Source: Octopus sinensis
Taxonomy: Eukaryota
Assembly (NCBI RefSeq): GCF_006345805.1
Contig: NW_021833271.1
Location: forward strand, 1-64,000
Reading direction: 5' to 3'
DNA: 64,000 nucleotides
The position numbers and the translations under genes were made by a program. Below, piece after piece: positions 49,201 through 56,326 of the stretch (positions are counted from its first letter, which is position 1; each line of letters starts with the position of its first letter). The notes under the pieces were generated by a model, which did no database searches, was not told the DNA's origin, and was given only the letters and a program-made list of their open reading frames with translations.

Positions 49201-51819
49201 TACCTGTGACACACAAAGAATAGTTTTTCTGTTAAACTTCCTGTGATACTGCAGTATTTCTTGTGTGTTACACTGAGTACAATTTATGGAATTTCTACCT
49301 ATACCTTTTCTGCATATCAAGAACAGCTGTCTCCCTGAAGAGATTAATAACTTGTCTACTTTCCTACTTACTAGGACTTTGGTCTTTGCTTAATTAATTC
49401 TGAGGCCCTTTTATTCCAGACCTTGTCTCCACACCTGAAATTTCTTTTACAATTCTAGTAGAGATTCAGCTATAAGAACAAACTCATCAGCATAGAGGAG
49501 CTCCCAAAGGCAATCAGTCTTAAATTCTTCTGTTATGGCGTGGAGGACTATGATAAGAAGAGGAAGCTAAGAACTGATCTTTGATGAATACCTAACTGTA
49601 CACAAAATCCATTACTCTTCTCATTGCCAACTTTCACCTTACTGACAGCATCCCTGTACATGGCTTGTATGGCTCTCACCAAGCACTCATCTATCACTAG
49701 CTTCTACGTTGGCTACCAGATTAAGGAGCAGGGGACCTGTCAAAAGCTTTCTCCATTTTCTAGTGACTTTATAACAACTTTGGTTGCAATTGAATACAAA
49801 AAATTCAAAAATTTGCAGCTTTATTTAAAAGGCATATTGCATGGTATTTTTGTGTGGATTTGAACGTTGCATGGAAACATGATATGAGCGCTGGTAGGCA
49901 TTAGATTAATACCTTTTGTTGGATGTGCAATACTAATGTGAGCTGAGAAATCTATTGCTTTTAGTGGATTATAATGGAAAGACATTTTTGTTGAATTAAA
50001 TGTGTGGTGGAAAGGAAAACAGAAGTGTAATAAAATGAAACACTATAAAAATTGATAGTACCCTGGTAGATAAAGAAATTAAGGATATGAAAACAGAAGC
50101 ACCTGTCTCATAAGTAATCACTGCTGAGATGCTTAAAATATCAGGTGGTGTGGATTATGGTCTTGTCATCCACATCGTAAATCAGGTAGTTTCAGATTAT
50201 TGGATCAGGTGATGAAAGTTACGGAGAGGGTCACAGCCCAACTAATTATGGAAAGAGTTAGCCTAGATAAGATGCAGTTTGGTTTTGTGCCAAGCAGAAG
50301 CACCACTGATGCTATATTTTTGGTAAGGTAACTGCGGGAGAAATATCTGGCCAAATATAAACCTCTGTACTTGGCTTTTGTTGACTTGGAGAAAGCTTAT
50401 CTGATGGCCAATGTGAAAACTGAGGATGGACAAGTGGTTGATAAGAGCTGTACAGAGATACAGTCAGTAAGATGACAGTTGGCAACGAGTATAGTGGATA
50501 ATTCCAGGTAGAAGTATAGATTCACCAGGGATCAGTCCTCAGTCCCCTCTTATTCATTATAGTCCTCCAGGCAATAACAGAGGAAGCCCCTCTATGCTGA
50601 TGACCATGTTCTAATAGCCAAGTCACTGCCAGAACCAGAGAGAGAGTTTAGGGTGTAGAAGCAAGGTCTAGAATTGAAGAGCCTTAGGGTTAACATAGCA
50701 AAAACCAAAGTTTTAGTAAGTAGGGAGGATGAAAAATCACAAACACCTTCAGGTAGATGGCCCTGCTCAATCTTTAGAAAAGGCATAGGTAGAAACTCCA
50801 TATGATGTACCCGGTGTAATCAATGGACACATAAAAGGTGCAGCAATATCAAAGGAAGGTTAACTGGGAAGAATTAAACACTGAAGATGTACAGAAATCA
50901 TATTCCATCACATGCAAGGAGGGAATACTAGAAGTAGTTGATATCTTCCACTAACTAGGCAACCAATTCTGTAGTGGGGTGGTTGCTCTGATATTGTCAT
51001 GGCTAGAATAAGAATAGCGTGGGCAAAGTTCAGAGAGCTCCTATTTTTGATTGAGAAAACCTGGCAACTGAAGTGAGATCACTACCATGGCCGATGCCGG
51101 TGTTGCATGTCCAGTCCATTTAAGAGTACCCTGATGCGTTGGGTGATATGCTATGCTTGAGAAGTCCTGTTGAGTCAAGTAAAACAAAATTGTAGCTGTG
51201 GCCTGTGCCTCCTGACTGGCTCCTGTTCTCGTGGCACATAGAAAGCAGTATCCAAATGTGATTGAGGCCAGGATCGCATGACTGGTTCCTATGCTGGCGG
51301 CACGTAAAAATCACCATCCAAATGTGGCCGATGCCAGAAACCCCTGACTGGCTCCTGTGCTGGTGGCACGTAAAAAGTACTATCTGAACATGATCAATGC
51401 CAGGCCCACCTAACTGGCACCTGTGCTGATGGCCCCCACTACACTCTCGGAGAGGTTAGCATTAGGAAGGGCATCCTGCTGTAGAAACATTGGCAGATCA
51501 GATTGGAGCCTGGTGCAGCTGCTGGCTCTCCAGACCTCACTCAAACCATCCCACCCATGCCAGAATGTAAAATGGATGTTAAACGATAATGATGATAATG
51601 ATGATGAGTTGTGTACCCCAATAAAATGAGACACATGAGTAATGAAAAATTCTTCATTATACTTACTATATATATATTGATGTAATAATTCATGGTCTTT
51701 TTAATACATCTTTTCAGAAAAGCAAGAAATACCTATGGAAATAATTATTGGTTGCAATGTCGGAATTGTATTATTATTAATAATAATGGGTCTTACTTAT
51801 ATATTCTACAAAAGAAGAG
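5559..51819 (+). CDS. Partial multi-exon gene for a type I membrane Ig-superfamily receptor/adhesion protein (at least 5 Ig domains + TM; 5' and cytoplasmic exons not found)
   Basis: Six AG..GT/GC-bounded exons, all phase 1-1, join in frame as NLTIY|YPPD, INVE|YPPD, ILLK|YPPQ, KIS|VRPMF, LRYK|KKQEIP. They show Ig B- and F-strand Cys, YPP linkers, many N-x-S/T sequons and a hydrophobic TM followed by KRR. Confidence 0.85.
6230..7560 (+). mobile_element. Highly decayed RTE LINE RT region
   Basis: gagatgcagttcagttttgt (EMQFxFV) and gacctagagaaagcctttga (DLEKAF); colinear with the RTE copy at 40-42 kb. Confidence 0.7.
9633..9881 (+). CDS. Ig-domain exon B with three apparent -1 frameshifts
   Basis: tttatacag acceptor and T|gtaagt donor. 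Frame-hopping reconstruction gives YPPDMV(R)IKADEPFLEGDKGILHCKA(K)NGYPEKYSYRWDPSKKTSQNLTFPQLNRTHNNEDYTCY(V)SNKCSKRELHKNNWINVE. Confidence 0.75.
11036..11340 (-). mobile_element. SINE copy; related copies at ~18570-18880 (+, tRNA-like head present) and ~47700-48000
   Basis: Shared gtggctgagcac..cacagacac..gagattcagcgtgacacag..ggctggccctttgaaatacagg block. The 18.6-kb copy has A/B-box-like motifs and a tgtccttgagcaagacac core. Confidence 0.65.
12061..12900 (+). mobile_element. 5'-truncated RTE 3' end with (GAT)n tail, rearranged
   Basis: Near-identical to 41960-42130, followed by the 3'UTR and a gatgatgat tail. Confidence 0.8.
12928..18345 (+). mobile_element. Internally deleted Helitron (PIF1-type helicase remnant) with a nested RTE
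   Basis: Begins A|TCTGTATATATAAAGG and ends ccgagcaaaccggg..ctgCAAG|T. The flanks rejoin into the AT-rich unit seen at ~11815-11880. Helicase motifs at ~16700-17945: IALAVASLGIAATLLPGGRTVHSAF, WDECTM, LSGDFWQTLPVI, LRLRVGYPIMLIRNL, QFPVRSCFTMSINKSQGQTL. Confidence 0.8.
13853..16147 (+). mobile_element. 5'-truncated RTE LINE (RT pseudogene + 3'UTR + (GAT)n tail)
   Basis: NYRRIKLLDQVM, EMQFGFVLGRSTTDAIF, DLEKAFDRVPR, LLYADDL and VDSFHYLGD are present with stops and frameshifts. Confidence 0.92.
19028..20160 (-). mobile_element. Second Helitron 3' fragment (helicase C-terminus + terminus)
   Basis: The minus strand gives WLCERANLVPCND, LTLKKEAPIMLLRNLESPRLCNGTRL, GEDVFIPQI, LPVKLSFTMLINK and PCFSHGQLYVGCSQVGSP. 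The terminus is cctgggcaacagtaggtatttcagCTGG|T. Confidence 0.8.
22488..23552 (-). pseudogene. Decayed DNA-transposon transposase, Chapaev3/CMC-like (family name from recall)
   Basis: Reads MRRQVCANPQDSFCYVCGKF..YFGSKVGDQDKLWAPPLCCKSC, PTNHYTNCYFCLTNITGF, SALRPVSH, LNDLVRD..KSELLGSRLKQWNLL, WNICRDLKVIGLLLGLQMGY and PLHIKFGLFKNFV, with stops and internal deletions. Confidence 0.75.
25290..25402 (+). mobile_element. Terminal ~110-bp fragment (3' end + TIR + TA) of the mariner family at 37.1-38.4 kb
   Basis: Near-identical to ~38310-38423. Confidence 0.85.
25420..25735 (+). mobile_element. Penelope-like GIY-YIG endonuclease fragment
   Basis: TCRTRNVVYSIRC...TYIGKTSRSIAERLNEH...SILYQHAKDHH...PTLRQIWEYILINETSPILN. 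Confidence 0.8.
27092..27232 (-). mobile_element. Penelope-like RT fragment
   Basis: LSHFIDVLLKALCPVIASCIRDDIDFLTHIPNTVPENTKLASFNVT matches the PLE RT N-terminal pattern (SYIRD..DFL..L...SFDV). Confidence 0.7.
28999..30420. repeat. 98-bp minisatellite, 14 full units + 1 partial, derived from an RTE 3'-tail copy
   Basis: Unit starts at 29001, 29099, 29197, 29295, 29391, 29489, 29587, 29685, 29782, 29876, 29974, 30072, 30170, 30268 and 30366. It is continuous with a (ATC)n-headed reverse RTE tail at ~28895-29000. Confidence 0.95.
31546..31793 (+). CDS. Ig-domain exon C with one apparent -1 frameshift
   Basis: T-rich tract + ttatag acceptor and T|gtatgt donor. Reads YPPDITAPDNVTLFENQASIIDCNAKGNPTPEVWLENE(K)SKFLSNSILTFNRKNISRVFCSAIAKSEKNGNFRDRKEINILLK. 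Length is 248 nt, one short of a multiple of 3. Confidence 0.8.
34557..34770. repeat. Two abutting hairpins: 25-bp perfect IR (34557-34581/34627-34651) with an inner 10-bp stem, then a 15-bp perfect IR (34651-34665/34756-34770)
   Basis: tgtcccatttttcatgggtgctgta / tacagcacccatgaaaaatgggaca; aatgaactaa / ttagttcatt; atattgatctagttt / aaactagatcaatat. Confidence 0.9.
36868..37119 (+). CDS. Ig-domain exon D (252 nt, GC 5' splice site)
   Basis: ttttaag acceptor. YPPQVNFNISKKTNKIIISCTASGGNPANHKY...NTGTWECHVSNDDFIVIKSSNYKIS is open throughout. It ends CAG|gcaagt, and G+TG gives Val with exon E. Confidence 0.85.
37130..38423 (+). mobile_element. mariner (DD34D) element; transposase 37294-38348 with two +1 frameshifts
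   Basis: WIPRLL, ITQDETW, LLQDNA-(34 aa)-D within YSPDLAPSDFHLF. The TIR core aataagtaatgcccctgaccc is at both ends. The frameshifts lie in a C run (~37483) and a G run (~38257). Confidence 0.95.
38593..39841 (-). mobile_element. Second, more decayed mariner element of a different family
   Basis: MECQVKRNEHFR..GNFDLEDAPCSGRPVEF..GAWV, MLCIWWDWEGIIHYELL and LLLHDNTHPH. TIRs ttgggttggcaactaagtt / aacttagttgtcaactca. Confidence 0.9.
39952..42638 (+). mobile_element. 5'-truncated, relatively young RTE LINE (RT region with 3 lesions, 3'UTR, (GAT)n tail)
   Basis: 307-aa and 249-aa open stretches. Lesions are one nonsense (KD*P at ~40873), a 4-bp duplication at ~41115 and a +1 at ~41945. QGSVLSPLLF and YADD motifs are present. 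Confidence 0.95.
43749..44150 (-). mobile_element. Decayed C-terminal restriction-like endonuclease of an RLE-type non-LTR retrotransposon (HERO/NeSL-like)
   Basis: RPELVI..KVVKLTVP*EGNIEDA..RK..VRGFVG..KKATYYIFLRR resembles the RPDLV/ELTVPWE/RGFVG/WLxR pattern. Confidence 0.6.
44572..44880 (+). CDS. Membrane-proximal Ig (I-set-like) exon E (309 nt)
   Basis: T-rich tract + caccag acceptor and A|gtaagt donor. Reads VRPMF...GETVILKQCFYSHPKSDVKWQKN...TSLKIEDTKDDVIDTYTLTVENSEGKETVVFTLRYK. Confidence 0.9.
48590..49720 (-). mobile_element. Decayed RTE LINE RT 3' half
   Basis: VDSFHYLDDQV and TKGLSLRVKGR; colinear in reverse with ~40950-42130. Confidence 0.8.
50060..51605 (+). mobile_element. Decayed RTE LINE with internal deletions + 3'UTR/(GAT) tail
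   Basis: atcactgctgagatgcttaaaat, gatgcagtttggttttgtgcc, gacttggagaaagc and ctctatgctgatgac blocks. Confidence 0.85.
51718..51819 (+). CDS. Transmembrane exon F
   Basis: cttttcag acceptor. Reads KKQEIPMEIIIGCNVGIVLLLIIMGLTYIFYKRR, a ~23-aa hydrophobic helix plus basic stop-transfer. Donor is G|gtttgt (phase 1) or the nearby TT|gtatgt. Confidence 0.8.
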
Positions 51820-52679
51820 GTTTGTATGTTTTTCATATTATAAAGCTTTATTTATCACAACAATGTGTGTATGTGTGTGTGTGTGTGTGTGCACGTGTAT
51901 ACATGTGTGTATATATATATATATTTAGAGGGAAAGTAAGAAGAAAAATAAGCAAAAATGCACATTAGAAATCAAAAAAAGTAAAGGCTTTTTATGGAAA
52001 GTAACGATAGATATATACAATCAGATGAACTGAGGTAGGAATAAAAGTAATAAAAGCCATTATTGTGAATTGTTAAAGAGATTCAAAAGCATATGGGTTT
52101 TGTGAATTTACTAATCATTGCTTTGAATGCAAATCAATTAATGAACGGTGTCAGGTCTATTAGTCACTGAGTAAAACGGTTATGTGTATGGGAGGTAAGT
52201 AGTTCTAGATTTGGTGCAATTAGGGTAGATATAGAGCTGAATGTAAATGGTGTATTGGATGTATGGGGGTTAGTGGTATTAATTGAAAGGTTAGTAGTGT
52301 TCTGTATTACGTTAGCTGTTCATATTGAGGTGTGGAAGATATTTATTGATGAAAGTTGCCTCTTCATGCATTCTTTGTTGTACTGAGGTGTTCTGTGAAC
52401 ATTGAGGGAAGGGGAAAATTAGGAAATTGGGATTAAGATTCCTAGCACACCTTTCTATATGTTCACCAACCTGTATCTGTGTGTATTGTGGGTGGCGGAT
52501 TATGAATAAGGAGAATTTTACTCCATATATGGTATGTTGAATGATTCATTTGAACAACATTCTTACCATATATGCTAGATTCATCGAATTCGACAAAATC
52601 ATAACTATTGGCATAAACCCACTAAGAAATTCAATATAAATAAACAGGCAATAAAAAAACTCTTCTAGAAAATGGGAAA

Positions 52680-53530
52680 CCATATGGTTTATCCTGCCCT
52701 TCTCTCTTCAAATTAGAAACTTCCCCAGCTTATTTTTTAAAATCTTAGCAAAAACCTTTCCACAAAACCATAAGTATTATTCTATATTTAATAAATCTTG
52801 TATAAAGATATTGTACTCCACTACACCAAATCTAGGGTCAGTTATAGCAGCTAATAATAGATATAAGCTTAGAAACCATTCATTAGGTAAAGTTTCTCTA
52901 TGGGAAACCTCTGATCTGGAGCCCAACAATAATATTTTACTTAATGATAATACAAGAAGAAATATAATTGGTGAATCACAACAACAAGGGGCTATAAATC
53001 CTACCCAGACAAGTCAAATGGATGTGATTAATGAACTAAACACAGCTTCTCAGTAATTTGGAATCTAACCAAATCAATGCAAATTATTTGGGACAATGAT
53101 TTAAAACCCAAATGAGGCAAAAAGCATGCAACTCCTGCAAGCCTGAATACTGCCCCTTATTTAACAAAAGAACCTAGTCTATAAATGCCAAGTACTAACA
53201 TCTAACCCTAACCAATCTAAAACATATATCGGGAGCACAGCTGATATTAAAACTAGATATTGAGCGCACATGAATTCATTTATTAACCCTAAGACTAAAT
53301 TTTCCTCATCACTAGTAACATATGTTAACCTTCTAAAAAGCAAAATATTAACTATAAATTAATATGATCAGTAGTTACTGGAACCTCTCCTTATAATTCC
53401 TGTACACTAACTTGTAGGTTATGTACAAAAGAATCAATCAATGTACTATGTCTAAATAAGCAGATAATGCTAAGCAAATTCTCCATTCTTATCACTTCAT
53501 GTAGACATAAATACCTCTCCACATATAAAT
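52680..53530 (+). mobile_element. Decayed Penelope-like element: linker + Cys motif + GIY-YIG endonuclease
   Basis: WFILPFS, KILAKTFPQNHKYYSIFNKSCIKILYSTTPNLGSVI, CNSCKPEYCPL, NLVYKCQV..KTYIGSTA..TRY*AH, CRLCTKE and SCRHK, with stops and a frameshift. Confidence 0.8.
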
Positions 53531-53891
53531 AACAAATAATTGTTAAATAACAAAAAATCCATAAAAGTTTCTCATCAATAAAATAGTTATGGAATAATGA
53601 TCATCTTATGCACATTTAAATTCTTTCATTAAGTAACAATAAATCTGTAATGAATAAAAAACAAAAAAAATGAAAAAAGAGAAAAATCATTTCACTTCTA
53701 GAATAATTTCCTGGAAACTTATATATATAATTTTACCTCCACCATATATTTTAAATTCATCTTAATTATTTTATTTCTATTAAACTCATTTTTCATCCAA
53801 TCGATTTTATATAAAATACAAACTGGTATAGTGTAATTGAACTTTGACATTTATGAACAAAAATACCAGATGTGATCCATACAAGATATAG

Positions 53892-53982
53892 ATATCCCTG
53901 ATGAAGGAAATATGGATACTGGAATGGATTTTAAATCGATATCTACTCTTATCACTATGTTCCTGAAACAGCCATGGGATGT
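53892..53982 (+). ncRNA. Degenerate type I hammerhead-ribozyme-like motif
   Basis: atatcc-CTGATGA-aggaa...ttcct-GAAAC-agccatg-ggatgt. Both core boxes, stem II and stem I pair, but the stem III/NUH site is not canonical. Confidence 0.35.
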
Positions 53983-54660
53983 ATATGTTAATTTTCACAT
54001 TTGGATTTTAATTTGGACTTCTTCCTTCGAACTTTCCATATATTCTTGGAGCTTTAATATTAGCGTCTCTGATGCAACAAACCAATCCTGTATGTACAAA
54101 TTTACGTGATTTAAATATCGCTGAATATGTATTGCCTCAATGTGTATATTTGCCTTTCATATAAAAATATCTATTTTACATATATTTTTTATGAAGCATT
54201 TAATGGATTGAAATTTTACTTTTCATATATGGACTGATAACCCAGAACTTTGTATCAAATCCAAAATCTTCCATAGTATATTAGGTCAAGGAAAAAGTTT
54301 GTGCACTGTATTAAATATACACATTTAAAATATATTTTTGTGGTGTGTGTTCATTCAGTTCATTATTTTAACATGGCGCACAGACTTTTTCTTCAACCTA
54401 GTGTGTATGTATATACATACATACAGACAGTTAGACATGCAGACAGACAGATAAGAATAAAATGGGATTAAAAAGTCCTGGCAGGTATCAAGTAAGCACT
54501 CAGTATAAAAGAATAAGGTTAAATTTCCAACAATCAGATACCAGTAAATGTAAATAGAATATAAATCCCAGTTAAATCCTCATGCATGACAGGTAAATCC
54601 AACAATCCTTTTGTAATAAGAAGTAAAGGTGTGATCTAAAATAAAGATAGGACTTTCTTC

Positions 54661-54705
<45 letters not shown>

Positions 54706-55375
54706 TGAGAATGTGTATCTGTCTGTCTGTCAGTGTGAATCCCTAAAACTTGAGAACTACACAATAAATTTCATTCAAATTTTACACATGCCTTACTTGG
54801 GGTCCAGGGAGTGTCATGGGCAAAAAATGTCTAACTTCTTGCCTAGGGCGAACCCACAGCAATATCATATCTTCTCCACTATTTTAGTATTACATGTTAA
54901 AAGTGAAACAAAAACATCTCTCTATTATAATGTCAGATACTTTCACTTTAATACTGAAACTATTAAAGTCAAACTATTATATAAGAGGGATGAACCATTA
55001 ACAGTGGACATCCATTTTGCTAGAAGAAGATCTGCTATGGTCTTATATGCAACACCACTGGTTTTCAATTCATATTAATCAGATTAATATTCAATTTCTC
55101 ACCCTTATTATTTTTAATTTAATTTAAACCCAGGCCTAGGTGTTTTGGAATGAAGTTTGTTACCACACAGCCACACCTGCACCTATGTATGTGTGTGTAT
55201 GTGTGTATAGCTGTATATGTATACATTTATTTCTATATATATGTATACATGTATATGTGTAGATGTATATATATATATATAGATGTACATGTAATATGTA
55301 CACATATATATTCACATACATACATGCATACATATATACACTCATACACACATACACACACACACACACATACAT

Positions 55376-55760
55376 AGGTGCAGGTGTGGCTGTGTGGTAA
55401 CAAACTTCGTTCCAAAGCACATGGTCCAGAGTTCAGTCCCACTGTGTGGTGACTTGGCATGTGTCTTCTGCTATAGCCTCAGACCAACCAAAGCTTTGTC
55501 AGTGGATTTTGTAGACAGAAACTGAAAGAAATCAATCGTATATATATGTATGTATATATTTAATTGTATGTGTGTGACTTTGTTTCTGTGTTTTACCCTC
55601 ATCACTGCCTCACAACTGGTGTTCGTTTATTTACATCCCCATAACTTACTGGTTTCACAAGAAGAAACTGATAGAATAAGTACCAGGCTTATCAAAATAA
55701 AAAAAAACCCACTAGGCAGTATCTCATATTTTGGTTTGCCCACACAATTTATCTTTGTGT
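55376..55760 (+). mobile_element. tRNA-derived SINE; headless near-duplicate including the 3' flank at ~58720-58990
   Basis: A/B-box-like head gtgtggctgtgtggtaa..gagttcagtccc. A shared ~270-bp block includes tctcatatttt(g)gtttgccca. Confidence 0.7.
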
Positions 55761-55793
55761 GTGTGCATATATATACATACATACATATATATA

Positions 55794-55824
<31 letters not shown>

Positions 55825-55826
<2 letters not shown>

Positions 55827-56196
55827 AAGGGCTTAGTAAAATAAATTACTTTGCCACATACTGAACTCATTAGAAATAGTAGCTAAAAAAACTTTCTTTA
55901 AACTATTTCTAATACTTAAAGAAAATCTCTCTCATATAGTGTTTGCTCAATTCAACTCACGAAAGTATGGATGAAAATGTCGAGTTTGACTAATCTTGAA
56001 ACGTACGTTCTCAAATAACCTTTGCATTTGATTTTTTAATGTCTTTACCCCCATACTTTCGTGAGTTGAATTGAGCAAACACTATATGAGAGAGATTTTC
56101 TTTAAGTATTAGAAATAGTTTAAAGAAAATTTTTTTAGCTACTATTTCTAATGAGTTCAGTATGTGGCAAAGTAATTTATTTTACTACGCCCTTTT
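55825..56196. mobile_element. MITE/foldback element with ~146-bp terminal inverted repeats
   Basis: 55825-55970 is a near-perfect reverse complement of 56051-56196 (about 2 mismatches seen), with an 80-bp spacer and TA-rich flanks. Confidence 0.85.
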
Positions 56197-56326
56197 ATAT
56201 AATGTAATAATTTGAATTTGCCTTAAATGGTCCCTTTACATACTGAATACTTGGTGAAATTGATTAATTAATTAATTAATTTTACCCTCAATTGTTGAAA
56301 TTATATACATATATATATATATATAT

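Noticed and set aside
54700-55135. Non-autonomous Helitron (tatataaaactgagaatgtg..tctgtctgtc start)
   Set aside because: The start is suggestive, but I could not confirm a TC terminus or a 3' hairpin, so it is left uncalled.
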